A stretch of DNA of 64,000 nt from Pseudomonadota bacterium. GTDB taxonomy: Bacteria > Myxococcota_A > Polyangia > Palsa-1104 > JAEUJZ01. Location: the NCBI GenBank assembly GCA_035340095.1, contig DAORGN010000002.1, positions 1,160 through 65,159 on the forward strand. Reading direction: 5' to 3'. The notes under the pieces are model-generated. The model was not told the DNA's origin. It saw nothing but the letters and a program-made list of their open reading frames with translations, and ran no database searches. This document shows positions 1 through 9,961 of this stretch, in pieces (positions within the stretch are counted from its first letter, which is position 1; every line of letters begins with the position of its first letter). Both the position numbers and the translations under genes were made by a program.

Positions 1-215
1 CGAGCGCGGCCTGATTTTCGGAACGCAGGGACTTGCACCGCTGTTTGCGTTTCACTTGCACCTGCTGGCGTCGGCGCGATTCTTCGACGAAAAAGGATCA
101 AACGGTCCGCACCAGTTCCTGCGTCTGTAGCCGCTTTTTCGGGTGCTTCCTTTCGTCCGCACGTTTCCTCTTTGTCGGCTGTTTCCCCGGAGCTTTTCTC
201 GCGTAAAGTAAAGAC

Positions 216-1400
216 ATGTCGGCGCTGTCTGTATCGGTACACGGATCCATTTCCGAGCTTCAGAAAGAGGCATGGAATGCACTGCTTACCGATTCCGACA
301 ATCCGTTTGTGCGGTATGAATTTCTGGCTGCGCTCGAACAGAGCGGCTGTGTCTGTCCGGAAACAAGCTGGACGCCGTGCCACTTTGCCATCCGACGGGG
401 AAACACGCTCTGCGCAGTCGTGCCGGCGTACATCAAAGATGGCAGTGATGGCGACTTCAGCCGAGATTGGGAATGGGCCGGCGCAGCGCAGCGGGCGGGC
501 ATTCCGTACTATCCCAAGCTGGTGTTAGGAATTCCTTTTACGCCCGTTTGTGGTCGGCGAGTTTTGCATCCGGAAGGACTTCCCCCGCATGAAATCAGTG
601 ATCTGTTTTCCTGTGTGATCGCGACCGCAAAACAGATCATGAAGCGCTTTTCTTTGGGCGCCATCCAGGTGCTGTTTCCTCCCGCAGATCAGCAGGAGCT
701 GTTCGTCGCACATGGGCTGATTCCGCGGATCGACTTTCAGTATCATTTTTTCAATCCGGGCTACCGCGATCGGGACGAATTTGATGCGCGCTTTTCTTCC
801 AAGCGGCGCAACATCCTCAAGCGCGAACGGAGTGCTCCGGAAAGCCAGGGAATCCAAATCCGCACGCTGCGGGCAGAACAGCTTTTGCGCGATCCGGTTC
901 ACTATGCAAAGCTTGCGCATGCGCTGCACCGCTCGACGGTGGACAAGCTGGTGTGGGGGCGGCGCTGGCTCAATGAAGCGTTCTATGTGCAGCTCTTTTC
1001 GACGTTGCTTGCACCGCTGGAACTGGTGATTGCACAGTCGCAAGGGGACATCATCGCGGGCGCGTTCAACGTCGCTTCGCAGCGTCGCTTGTTTGGACGG
1101 TATTGGGGCTGTTTTCGCGAGCTGCCCTTTTTGCACTTCAACGTCTGTCTGTACCACAGCATCGACGAGTGCATCGCGCGCAAGACCCTGGTATTTGAAG
1201 GCGGCGCTGGCGGAGAACACAAGATCGCGCGCGGTTTTGAGCCCACCGAAACACATAGCGCGCACGCATATGCCGATCCATCTTTTCACGCCGCCCTTGC
1301 GCGTCATGTGAAAACAGAGAGTGAAAACCGCCGTCAAGCGATTGCCGCGTGGCGAAAAAACGATGCGGTCTTAAAACCGTTGGTTCCGTCGATTCCCTGA
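216..1400 (+). CDS. DUF482/FemAB-like GNAT-fold acyltransferase family protein
   Basis: 394 aa ORF with an ATG start. It has conserved blocks (IPYYPKLV, FEGGAGGEHK) that I remember from the DUF482 'peptidoglycan biosynthesis/recognition' family. The family assignment is from memory of the motifs. Confidence 0.5.
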   Translation: MSALSVSVHGSISELQKEAWNALLTDSDNPFVRYEFLAALEQSGCVCPETSWTPCHFAIRRGNTLCAVVPAYIKDGSDGDFSRDWEWAGAAQRAGIPYYPKLVLGIPFTPVCGRRVLHPEGLPPHEISDLFSCVIATAKQIMKRFSLGAIQVLFPPADQQELFVAHGLIPRIDFQYHFFNPGYRDRDEFDARFSSKRRNILKRERSAPESQGIQIRTLRAEQLLRDPVHYAKLAHALHRSTVDKLVWGRRWLNEAFYVQLFSTLLAPLELVIAQSQGDIIAGAFNVASQRRLFGRYWGCFRELPFLHFNVCLYHSIDECIARKTLVFEGGAGGEHKIARGFEPTETHSAHAYADPSFHAALARHVKTESENRRQAIAAWRKNDAVLKPLVPSIP

Positions 1401-1416
1401 CGTATCGTCCCCCCTT

Positions 1417-2628
1417 GTGAGCCTTCTTCGCGCCTACGGTTTTTCGCTGCTTTTGCTTCTGTCGATTGCAATCGGCCTTGTGATTGGACAGGGCGCGCCT
1501 GCATGGGCTCTGCGACTGCGGCCACTTGGTGATCTGTTTTTGAACCTTGTCTTTATGCTGATTGTGCCGCTGACTTTTTTCACGGTGTCCGCAAGTCTTG
1601 GCGCATCCCCAAGTGGGCGGCGCTTGACCAAAATCTCGACGGTGATGCTGCTCGTGTTTTTGGCCACGAGTGTGATTGCGGCGGTTTGGGGACTTGGGTT
1701 TATGTACGTGGTTCATCCTACGCCGGGGGCAGACATCGTGCTGGGCCGATCGAGCGTGCCCTTGCCTCCGGCGCCGGATTTTCTGTCGCAGCTTGTTGCG
1801 ACGTGTACCACTTCGGATTTTCCGCAGCTTGTGTCCCGCAAGTCGATGTTGCCGCTTCTGCTGTTTGCAGTCGGCGTTGGTCTTGCGGCTCGCTCCGTCG
1901 GGGAACCCGCGCTTCCGTTTGTGCGTGTGCTGCAGGGGGGATCCGCCGTATTCATCCGTTTGTTTGATGCAGTGATGTATGTCGCGCCGATCGGTCTGTT
2001 GTCTTTTTTTGCGGCAACCGTGGTGGACACTGGATCGCAGCTCGCGAGTGCATACCTGCGGGTGTTCTGGGTCTATGGCGTGGTTTCGCTGCTCTACTTT
2101 GGCGTTGGTTTTTCGTTTTATGCGTATCTGGCGGGTGGTTGGGAATCGGTGCGGCGTCTGTGGTCGCAGATGCTTAGGCCGTCGCTGACTGCGCTGGGAA
2201 CCTGTTCTTCGATGGCGACCATGCCGGTCAATTTGGAAGCTTCGCGCGACATGGGAATTCCCAAAGATGTCTGCGATGTCGTGATTCCGGTCGGCGCGGT
2301 GTTACACAAAGACGGATCGGTGATTGGGGGCGTGCTCAAAGTGCTGTTCGCACTGAGTCTGTTTCATCTTCCGCTTACGCCAGGGCGGCTCCTTATGGTG
2401 ATAGGAATCGCAATCCTCGTCGGTGTGGTGATGGGGGCGATTCCCAGCGGCGGAATGATGGGAGAGCTTCTCATTCTCTCTGCATTTGGATTCCCACCCG
2501 AAACGCTGCCGCTCTTGGCGGTGATCAGCATCCTGATTGATCCGCTGGCGACACTCCTAAACGCGACCGGAGACAACGTCGCCGCGATGCTTACCGCCCG
2601 CCTTGTCCCAAAGGAACAGCCAGACTAG
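1417..2628 (+). CDS. dicarboxylate/amino acid:cation symporter (DAACS/GltP-like)
   Basis: 403 aa polytopic membrane protein with a GTG start. The motifs SSMATMPVNLEA and IPVGAVLHKDGS are typical of the sodium:dicarboxylate symporter family. Confidence 0.8.
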   Translation: MSLLRAYGFSLLLLLSIAIGLVIGQGAPAWALRLRPLGDLFLNLVFMLIVPLTFFTVSASLGASPSGRRLTKISTVMLLVFLATSVIAAVWGLGFMYVVHPTPGADIVLGRSSVPLPPAPDFLSQLVATCTTSDFPQLVSRKSMLPLLLFAVGVGLAARSVGEPALPFVRVLQGGSAVFIRLFDAVMYVAPIGLLSFFAATVVDTGSQLASAYLRVFWVYGVVSLLYFGVGFSFYAYLAGGWESVRRLWSQMLRPSLTALGTCSSMATMPVNLEASRDMGIPKDVCDVVIPVGAVLHKDGSVIGGVLKVLFALSLFHLPLTPGRLLMVIGIAILVGVVMGAIPSGGMMGELLILSAFGFPPETLPLLAVISILIDPLATLLNATGDNVAAMLTARLVPKEQPD

Positions 2629-3674
2629 CTGTGCGGATGGCTCTGCGCGGCGAGCAGACAGAGCCGGAACAGGAGCCGGGCCCCGACGATGGCATCCCAC
2701 TCTGCATTGCCCGACACTTCGACCAGATCAAAGCCAATCACCTGTCGTCCGCTGTCCACCACCATGTCGAGCAGGAACACCGCTTCATCCCAGGTAAGAC
2801 CACCCGGCACCGGCGTTCCGGTTTCTGGACACAGCGCGGGGTCCAGGCCGTCGATGTCAAAGCTTACGTACACCTGCTGCGGCAGCGTATCGACGATGTG
2901 CTGACAGGTGCGGGCCCACGGCTCGCCATGGAAATTCCGTTTGCGCAGACCACGCATCGGGAAAAAGCTCACGCGATCGCCGGCTTCACGAATCGTCTCT
3001 TCTTCTTCGTCGCAGTAATCGCGGATTCCGACCTGCGTGAGCTTGCTGACATGTGGCAGATGCAGCACGTTTTCCATGATCGATGCGTGCGAATACTGGA
3101 AGCCTTCGTATCCGCGTCGCAGATCCGCATGCGCATCAATATGAAGTACGCCAAATGACTCATATCGGGTCGCCAGTGCGCGAATCAGACCGAGCGGCAC
3201 AGAGTGATCACCACCGAGCACGCCCACTGTCTTGCCGAGCGAAAGGTGCGCTTGCGCTTGTCGTTCCAGCCAGTCGTTTAGCTCACTTGACGCCGCGTTG
3301 ACTTCGCCCTGGTGCAAAAGCAGATCCGGATCATCACCGGCCACGCCTTGTTCCAGTCGTGCGATGCACTTTTGCGCCAGTTGTCGCAGCTTGGCGTTGC
3401 GCTTTTGCCACGCTTTGTCTTCCGGCAGCATGTAAAACCCAGCGCGCCAGCCGTCGGGCCACACCGGATCAAACAGATCCACCTGGGTTGATGCTTCCAG
3501 GATCGCCTGCGGGCCTTTGGCGGTTCCGGTTCGATACGACACCGTGACTTCCCACGGCACCGGAATCACCACCACTTGGCTGTTTTCATAGTCGAACGGC
3601 AGACCAAACAGCTTGCCGTTTTTGACGCCCACATCGCTCGGGCTGAAGGTCTTGTGTGAATCGCTCTTGCTCAT
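2625..3674 (-). CDS. arginase-family ureohydrolase (agmatinase-like)
   Basis: The Mn-binding motifs GGDHS, HIDAHADL and SFDIDGLDP match the arginase/agmatinase fold. The stop codon overlaps the stop of the convergent symporter gene through a shared CTAG. Confidence 0.75.
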   Translation of the reverse strand: MSKSDSHKTFSPSDVGVKNGKLFGLPFDYENSQVVVIPVPWEVTVSYRTGTAKGPQAILEASTQVDLFDPVWPDGWRAGFYMLPEDKAWQKRNAKLRQLAQKCIARLEQGVAGDDPDLLLHQGEVNAASSELNDWLERQAQAHLSLGKTVGVLGGDHSVPLGLIRALATRYESFGVLHIDAHADLRRGYEGFQYSHASIMENVLHLPHVSKLTQVGIRDYCDEEEETIREAGDRVSFFPMRGLRKRNFHGEPWARTCQHIVDTLPQQVYVSFDIDGLDPALCPETGTPVPGGLTWDEAVFLLDMVVDSGRQVIGFDLVEVSGNAEWDAIVGARLLFRLCLLAAQSHPHS

Positions 3675-3692
3675 GCCGGTTTTGATTATCGG

Positions 3693-4379
3693 TCAGGGGG
3701 ATGGTCGCGAGCCAAAGATCGATCGACCGACGCGGACAATCGTCGCGCCTTCCTCGATCGCCACTTCATAGTCTGCGGTGGTGCCCATCGACAGCTCGGA
3801 AAGACCGAGCGACTCGGCGAGCGTGCGCAGCTTGGCAAAGTACGGGCGGTTGTCTTCCGGCGTCCACGGCAAAGGTGGTTCCGGCTGCGGCGGCATCGTC
3901 ATAAGCCCGGTCAGGCGCAGACCCGGCAGCTTGCGAATCTTTTCGCAAAACGGGGAAAGCGCAGACTGCGCGATTCCGCTCTTGCTGTCTTCGCCGGCGA
4001 CGTTCACTTCGATAAGTACATCTATGGGCGGGCCTTGGCGACGACAGCTCAGCTCCTCGGCGATCGCCAGGCTGCACAGCGCGTGAAACACCGACGCTGA
4101 CTTTGCGACGTATTTGACCTTGTTGCGCTGAAGCGTTCCTATCGCATGCCAGCGCAGCGTCGGCAGATCAGCAAGCTCGCTGGCTTTGTCGCGCAGCTCT
4201 TGGGCATAGTTTTCGCCAAAGTCGCGCTGGCCCGCCGCATACGCCGCTCGGATGAGCGTCGACGGTTGCAGCTTGGACACCGCGAGCAGCGTGACGTCTT
4301 TAGGGCTGCGCCCGGCGCGCTGACAAGCGGCAGCAATCTTGGCGTGTACCTCTGCGAGGTGTTGGGCGATGTCCGTCAC
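3693..4379 (-). CDS. yggS: YggS-family pyridoxal phosphate homeostasis protein
   Basis: 228 aa with LLAVSKLQP, GENYAQEL and HAIGTLQRNK blocks characteristic of YggS/PLPHP. Confidence 0.85.
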   Translation of the reverse strand: MTDIAQHLAEVHAKIAAACQRAGRSPKDVTLLAVSKLQPSTLIRAAYAAGQRDFGENYAQELRDKASELADLPTLRWHAIGTLQRNKVKYVAKSASVFHALCSLAIAEELSCRRQGPPIDVLIEVNVAGEDSKSGIAQSALSPFCEKIRKLPGLRLTGLMTMPPQPEPPLPWTPEDNRPYFAKLRTLAESLGLSELSMGTTADYEVAIEEGATIVRVGRSIFGSRPSP

Positions 4380-4400
4380 GGTCTGGCTCGTCTTTGCCGG

Positions 4401-5153
4401 TCAAAAGCCCGGCGTTTCCATCGGTCCTTGGCTGTGGCCGCTGACAAACTGGCGCACCACGGGATCGTCGGTGTTGCGGAACTCATCGGGCGTGCCGAGC
4501 AGGTGAACGCGGCCTTGGTAGAGCAGGGCGATCCGATCGGCGATCGAAAATATGCTGGTCAGATCGTGCGAAACAACCACCGACGTCACGCCTCGGCTGC
4601 GGCTGAGCCGACGGATCAGCGCATCGACGCGACGCGCGCTCACTGGATCGAGCCCCGTCGTCGGTTCGTCGAACAAAAGATAGTCAGGCTTTAGCGTCAG
4701 CGCGCGCGCAATGGCCACCCGCTTGCGCATTCCGTCGGACAGGAGCGCCGGAAGCTGATCGGCAAACTCGCCCATGTGAACTTCGTCGAGAAACTCAAGC
4801 GCGGCTTTGCGAGCTGCGGTGTCCGACATCTGCTGGTGCTTGCGCAGCGGCAGCGCCACATTGTCGACGACCGACATCGAGTCAAACAGCGTCGAGCTTT
4901 GGAACACCATCGCGCAGCGACGGCGGATTCGGTAAAGCTCGTGTTCGGACAGCTTGTCGATGCGTTCCCCGTCGAGCCAGATTTCGCCGCGATCGACCCG
5001 CAAAAGACCGATGACGTGCTTTATCGCAACCGATTTGCCGACGCCGGATGCCCCGATCAGAAACAGGATCTCGCGGTCTTTGACATGCAGCGTCAGACCG
5101 CGCAGGACGGCCTGGCTTCCGAACGACTTTTCGACCGAACGGAACTCCAGCAC
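4401..5153 (-). CDS. ABC transporter ATP-binding protein (MlaF/Ttg2A-like)
   Basis: Walker [12 protein letters not shown] signature [15 protein letters not shown] and Walker B LLFDEPT. The approximately 250 aa size with a C-terminal tail is typical of Mla/Mce-type ATPases. No permease gene is adjacent. Confidence 0.8.
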   Translation of the reverse strand: MLEFRSVEKSFGSQAVLRGLTLHVKDREILFLIGASGVGKSVAIKHVIGLLRVDRGEIWLDGERIDKLSEHELYRIRRRCAMVFQSSTLFDSMSVVDNVALPLRKHQQMSDTAARKAALEFLDEVHMGEFADQLPALLSDGMRKRVAIARALTLKPDYLLFDEPTTGLDPVSARRVDALIRRLSRSRGVTSVVVSHDLTSIFSIADRIALLYQGRVHLLGTPDEFRNTDDPVVRQFVSGHSQGPMETPGF

Positions 5154-5155
5154 GG

Positions 5156-6667
5156 CTACTTGCCGCTCTGCGCCTGCCGGTAGACGTTGAGATACGCACG
5201 CGCCGACGCCGCCCAGCCGAAATCCGCCCGCATCGCCCGTTTTTGCAGCCCCAGGAAGCTCTGCTCATCGCTGTGGTAGGCAGAAAGTGCGCGGCGAACG
5301 GCATGGCCCAGTGCTGCGACCGAAAACGGCTGGAACGTAAAGCCGGTGCCGCTGCGCGAGCGCGCATCAAAGTCGACGACGGTGTCATAAAGACCGCCGG
5401 TCGCGCGGACAATCGGCACCGTCGCATAGCGCATGCTGTAAATCTGGTTTAAGCCGCACGGCTCGAATCGCGACGGCATCACGAAAAAGTCCGATCCGGC
5501 TTCGATGCGGTGCGCCAAGCCTTCGTCAAACGCCAGCCGCACTGCCAGTCGCGTCGGAAACCGCTCGGACAGCATGCGCAGCCGCTGTTCAAACGCCGGG
5601 TCGCCTTGCCCAAGCAGCACAAACTGGAACTCGGTGCGCTGCGTCAGCTCGGACTCCAGCCACTCAATCAGCAGGTCGATGCCTTTTTGGTCGGTCAGCC
5701 GCGAGATCGTCGCAAGCAGCGGCGTTCGTGGGCGCAGGGGCAAAGACAGCTCGCGCTGAAGTTCGGCTTTGCAGCGGGCTTTTCCGACGAGATCGGCAGC
5801 GAACGCATCTTCCGAAAGGGCGTCCAGCTCTGCCGCCGGCTTGCCAAATCGGGCCGGCAGCGCGCCGTCAGACCACGGGCTCCAGCGATCGTAGTCGACG
5901 CCGTTTAGGATGCCGCTCAAGCGGGCACTGCGCGCTCGCATCACACCGTCGAGACCGTAGCCAAACTCGGGCGTCGCAATCTCCTCCGCGTAGCGCGGGC
6001 TCACCGTTGTCAACCGATCGGCAAGCTGGAGTCCGGCTTTGATGAAAGACGCTTGGCCGTAAAACTCGATGCCGTCGGGCGTGAGCAGATCGTCGCGCAC
6101 GCCCAGGTGGCGCGCTTCGGCAAGCGAAAACAGCCCTTGGAACATCAGGTTGTGGACCGTGAATACCGTCGCTGGTGGCGTATCCCAATCTGCCTTTTGC
6201 GCGTAATACACCGCGAGGCCGGCCTGCCAGTCGTGGGCGTGAATCACATCGGGACGAGGCGTCAGCTCTTTGGCCAGACAGATCGCCGCTTGCGACAAAA
6301 GCGCAAAGCGCAGCGCATTGTCGGGATAGCCTTCGCCGGGATTGCCTGGCGGGCCATAGACACCGGGGCGATCGGCAAACAGCGGATGGTCGATGAGATA
6401 CACCATCACTTGCGGACCGGGACCGGGCAGGCGACCTTCGTAAAGGCCGACTTCAAATGACTGGCCACCGACGGAAACCGCCAGCTTGCGGAGCCGCTTG
6501 GCCAGACCGTGCTGCTGCGGATCAATGGATCCATAACGCGCCGAGACGACCGTCACCCGACCCGCACCTTGTTGGGCCAGCGCTTTTGGCAGGGCCCACA
6601 GCACATCCCCAAGTCCGCCAGTCTTCGAAAAGGGCGCGACTTCCGACGCTACATGCAGAACATTCAT
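5156..6667 (-). CDS. glgA: glycogen (starch) synthase
   Basis: The N-terminal [22 protein letters not shown] block is the hallmark GlgA KTGGL motif. The start is placed at the internal ATG at 6667, not the ORF-track start at 6751, because the longer ORF would overlap the upstream gene. A weak AAGGG sits 9 nt upstream of 6667. Confidence 0.85.
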   Translation of the reverse strand: MNVLHVASEVAPFSKTGGLGDVLWALPKALAQQGAGRVTVVSARYGSIDPQQHGLAKRLRKLAVSVGGQSFEVGLYEGRLPGPGPQVMVYLIDHPLFADRPGVYGPPGNPGEGYPDNALRFALLSQAAICLAKELTPRPDVIHAHDWQAGLAVYYAQKADWDTPPATVFTVHNLMFQGLFSLAEARHLGVRDDLLTPDGIEFYGQASFIKAGLQLADRLTTVSPRYAEEIATPEFGYGLDGVMRARSARLSGILNGVDYDRWSPWSDGALPARFGKPAAELDALSEDAFAADLVGKARCKAELQRELSLPLRPRTPLLATISRLTDQKGIDLLIEWLESELTQRTEFQFVLLGQGDPAFEQRLRMLSERFPTRLAVRLAFDEGLAHRIEAGSDFFVMPSRFEPCGLNQIYSMRYATVPIVRATGGLYDTVVDFDARSRSGTGFTFQPFSVAALGHAVRRALSAYHSDEQSFLGLQKRAMRADFGWAASARAYLNVYRQAQSGK

Positions 6668-6689
6668 CAGCAAAAACCCTTGTCGAGCG

Positions 6690-7325
6690 TTACGCGCCGC
6701 GCAGATGACCAAGTGCCGAAACGATGCCACTCGGCATCGCGCGCAGGCCAATCACCAACATGTCGTCCTCGGTGGCAAACTCGCGAATCGTCAGGATTTC
6801 CGACACCGCTGCGACGACTCGTTTGGCCATCGCGTTTGTCTTCAGCTTCGGAAGCTGGATCAGATCGAGCACGAACTCATCCCCCGCTGCCGACAGAATG
6901 ACCTGCGGTCGGAACGGCAAAAACGCCAGCATGTCGCCCGGTTTGGACAGGTCCATCATCATCAGCATCGCGGCCATCGGGCTGTCGGCTGGCGGTTTGA
7001 CCTGAAGTTCACGGATGCGGAGGTTCACCCGAATGCTCTCCGCGGAAAGCTGCACACCGTCGACGGATACCACCGCCGAAACAAACAGCGCCGTTCCCAT
7101 CACATTGAACGTCGCCGAAAAGCGCACACCCGGTGGCACCGCGACGAGCGACAGATCCTCGGGCAGCTTGCCCCGCGAGAGCTTTCCAAGCAGCCACGTC
7201 ACCGCGTCCATCGGCAAACCGAAACGGAACCGCGTGGCGTTCACGGCACTGCGCAAGAGATAGTCGGGCTTTGAAACCAAGTAGGCAAAAGCTTGCTGGA
7301 TCTCTTGTAGGGTGATCACTTTCAT
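6690..7325 (-). CDS. hypothetical protein
   Basis: 211 aa ORF in a tight co-directional array, 22 nt upstream of glgA. I did not recognise any motif. Confidence 0.4.
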   Translation of the reverse strand: MKVITLQEIQQAFAYLVSKPDYLLRSAVNATRFRFGLPMDAVTWLLGKLSRGKLPEDLSLVAVPPGVRFSATFNVMGTALFVSAVVSVDGVQLSAESIRVNLRIRELQVKPPADSPMAAMLMMMDLSKPGDMLAFLPFRPQVILSAAGDEFVLDLIQLPKLKTNAMAKRVVAAVSEILTIREFATEDDMLVIGLRAMPSGIVSALGHLRGA

Positions 7326-7444
7326 GCTCCGTAAGCTAGCCCAACCGGGCTTGGGTTGTCACGACGGATAACGCAGGATTGGCTGGTCGTTTGTGCCCGC
7401 GAACCGGGCGGCGCAAGTGCGGTCGGAATGGGGCAGTGTGCGGC

Positions 7445-9787
7445 TCAGTTGGTCTGGATCGGCTCAATGACCGAGATGCCTTTTTCGGTGAGCGCCCAGA
7501 CGCGACCGCGTACATCCACGCCCATGTTGAGGATCTTGTCGTCGAGCAGGCCCGAGCGAGTGCCAATCTGATGGGTTCGCTTTTCCGCCACCACTTCGAT
7601 GACGCCGCGATCGGTGCCGATCCAGATTCTTCCGTCGGGGTCGCGGGCCAGGGCGCTGGCTTTGACGTTGTACGGCGGCTCTTTGGGGAAACCCCAGCGG
7701 TTGCCGTCCCATACACCGATGCCGCGGCTTGTCGCGATCCAGATTTGACCGTTTAGTCCTTCGATCACGTCGTGAACCAGCTCGGATTCCAGGCCGTCGT
7801 TTTCGGTAAAGACCTTGACGGTCTTGTTGTCCTGCAATCGCACCGCACCGGCCCCCGAAGCGAGCCATGCTTCCGTCGATCCCTTCCAGGCAATCGCGGT
7901 GACATCCGACGGGACATTGACACCTTGCGAGACACCAGGCTGGGTTCCGGTTGGCCGCTGACGGTGATAGACCACGCGGCTGTCGTCGACGTACACCTCG
8001 GCGGCACCGTAAGCGCGGGCGTCCTGTTCTTTGTCGACGTAACGCAGACCGACCCAAAGCTGGCCTTTGGGCGAAAAGCTGGCAAACGACAGATCGGGAA
8101 CGCCGGTCGGAACCTCGAGCGGGGTCAGTCCGACGGGCGACCAGTCGCCTTTGTTGCCGACGCGCGAAATGCGGACGCTGCGGCTCGATGCGCCACGGTG
8201 CAGCGCGATCACTGCGCCCATCGGGTCACGAACCACCGCCAGGACGTGCGATCCTTTTTCGGGATCGACGTTGGTGACTTCGAACGTCTGTCCGTCGAAA
8301 CGCCACGACTGCGTGCCGCCGGTTGCGACGTAGCAGTCATTGTTGTTGATGCAGGCCACCGAAAGCCGTTCCGCGCCCGCCGTCAGGTCAAACAGGCGCA
8401 GCGGCGTCTGCTTGCCTTTTTGGATGCGCATCACACCCAGAAAGCGGGTGCCGACGTACAGCGAGTCGGCGTCCGCTGAAACCGATGTGATGCCGTCGGG
8501 GAGCCGAACATCGACCGCGTCAGTATCAAACAGCGGTGCGGTGGCTGCCGTGCCGCCCGGACCGGCAACCAGCCACGGACGATCTGGCCTGATTGCAGAC
8601 GCTGGCTGGGCCACGGCGGCGTACTGGTCTTGCGAAGGAACAAGCAGCGCGCTCGTCTTTTTGCCGCCTTTGTCCTTTTTGCCGCCTTTGCCCTTGGCGG
8701 GCTCTGGTGGCGGCGGCGGTGGGGCTGCTGCTGGCGGTGGTGGCGGCGGGGCTGCTTCTTTGACGAGCAGGCCGGCCAGCGGCTGCGCTTTGGGGGCGCC
8801 CATCGACGGACTGCCCGAAAACGAAAACTTGAGCGGGCCGCGAACTTCTGCCGGCGTTGCGACGCGCTTCATCGTCCATACCGACTGACCCGCGCCAAGA
8901 TACAGTTCACCGCCGACGCGCTGGACCCATTCGATGATGTTTGCGCTGTCGACGCGATAGGACCAAAAGCGGGTGCCGTCGTAAAACGCAATGCGCTGAC
9001 CACCGGGGCCATCACCGACGGCAAGCAGCGAGCCATTGTTGTCGGCGACCATCGCGCGGACGTTGTCGATGTCGTTGCCCTCGGCCATGCCAAACTGGAG
9101 CATGTCGCCTTTGACGACGCGCATGATGCCTTTGCCGCTCGTGCCGATCCAGACGCCGCTGCCGCCGTCATGGACCAGCGCCGTGACCGTCGTTCCCGCT
9201 GCGTAGCGTTCCCACTGGCCTTGGTTTAGCTTCGCAAGTCCGTCGCTGCCACCGACCCAAACATTGTCGGCATCTGGCGTGACGACGATACCCGCGACGA
9301 GGTCACCCACGGGCGCTTTGGGATACTTGGTCCAGCTTCCCGATGCGAAGTGTCCGACGCCTTTCGAGGTCGTGACCCAGACACCGCCTTTGACATCGAG
9401 CGCAATGCCTTCGATGCGATCCGCCGGCAGCCCGTCGATCGTCGTAAGAACTGCTGGCGTCGGGGGTTCAGACGTCGTGCTCCAGCGTACAAGTCCGCGT
9501 GGCGTCCCAACCCAGACCAGACCTGCGGCGGCGGCGAGAGACTTCACCGGGCGTGAATCCGAGAAGCTGCGGACGCGGACGGGGGCACTGCTGCCGCCCG
9601 TGTTTGCCGCCGTCACCGCGCCACCAGGCTTTACATCCGATTTTGCAGACGGACCACAGCCAGCGGTGAAAAACTGGCTCGACAGGAGGCCCAAGCCCCC
9701 CAGCGTCCATGCGGTCACGGAAGACAGGCGCCTATGCGGACCAGCGGCAATTTGCTCGTGGGAGGGGGTTCGCTTGTTCGTGCTCAT
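7445..9787 (-). CDS. lipoprotein with two-component-regulator-propeller (Reg_prop/Y_Y_Y-like) repeats
   Basis: Repeated VWVGT/IWIGT/QIWIATSRGIGVWDGNRW/RIWIGTDRGVIEV blocks are typical of Reg_prop beta-propeller blades. The start is set at the ATG at 9787 (MSTNKR...), which has an AGGAA ribosome-binding site. This gives a signal peptide with lipobox FTAGC. An internal poly-Pro and KGG-rich low-complexity linker is present. Confidence 0.6.
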   Translation of the reverse strand: MSTNKRTPSHEQIAAGPHRRLSSVTAWTLGGLGLLSSQFFTAGCGPSAKSDVKPGGAVTAANTGGSSAPVRVRSFSDSRPVKSLAAAAGLVWVGTPRGLVRWSTTSEPPTPAVLTTIDGLPADRIEGIALDVKGGVWVTTSKGVGHFASGSWTKYPKAPVGDLVAGIVVTPDADNVWVGGSDGLAKLNQGQWERYAAGTTVTALVHDGGSGVWIGTSGKGIMRVVKGDMLQFGMAEGNDIDNVRAMVADNNGSLLAVGDGPGGQRIAFYDGTRFWSYRVDSANIIEWVQRVGGELYLGAGQSVWTMKRVATPAEVRGPLKFSFSGSPSMGAPKAQPLAGLLVKEAAPPPPPPAAAPPPPPPEPAKGKGGKKDKGGKKTSALLVPSQDQYAAVAQPASAIRPDRPWLVAGPGGTAATAPLFDTDAVDVRLPDGITSVSADADSLYVGTRFLGVMRIQKGKQTPLRLFDLTAGAERLSVACINNNDCYVATGGTQSWRFDGQTFEVTNVDPEKGSHVLAVVRDPMGAVIALHRGASSRSVRISRVGNKGDWSPVGLTPLEVPTGVPDLSFASFSPKGQLWVGLRYVDKEQDARAYGAAEVYVDDSRVVYHRQRPTGTQPGVSQGVNVPSDVTAIAWKGSTEAWLASGAGAVRLQDNKTVKVFTENDGLESELVHDVIEGLNGQIWIATSRGIGVWDGNRWGFPKEPPYNVKASALARDPDGRIWIGTDRGVIEVVAEKRTHQIGTRSGLLDDKILNMGVDVRGRVWALTEKGISVIEPIQTN
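8651..8760 (-). repeat. intragenic tandem repeats (2x CTTTTTGCCGCCTTTG; poly-GGC/GGT tract) encoding KGG-rich and poly-Pro linker
   Basis: A direct 16-nt repeat and a GC-triplet run are visible in the sequence. They translate to KGKGGKKDKGGKK and PPPPPPAAAPPPPPP in the propeller lipoprotein. Confidence 0.5.
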
Positions 9788-9961
9788 ACCGATTTCCTGA
9801 GGCTGCGACGGTTCCGCTCGGTTCGACGAGGCGGAAAAACTGAAAAAGCAGCAGCTTGATAGGGCAACATGCCGGATGCTGTAGGCGGGTGTCAAGGCCG
9901 ACGGTAAGGTCTGTGGGTCACTCAGAAAAACGCCGCAAAACGCGACACTAGCTGCGCTGGT

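Noticed and set aside
6668-6751. Longer N-terminal extensions offered by the ORF track for glgA (6751), mvaS (16806), hemB (60227), the propeller protein (9895) and the hypothetical protein at 33653
   Set aside because: The internal ATGs give N-termini that match the known family N-termini (MNVLHVASE..., MQFPEYRP...) and have ribosome-binding sites. They also avoid overlaps with upstream genes. The extensions are Cys/Arg-rich nonsense.
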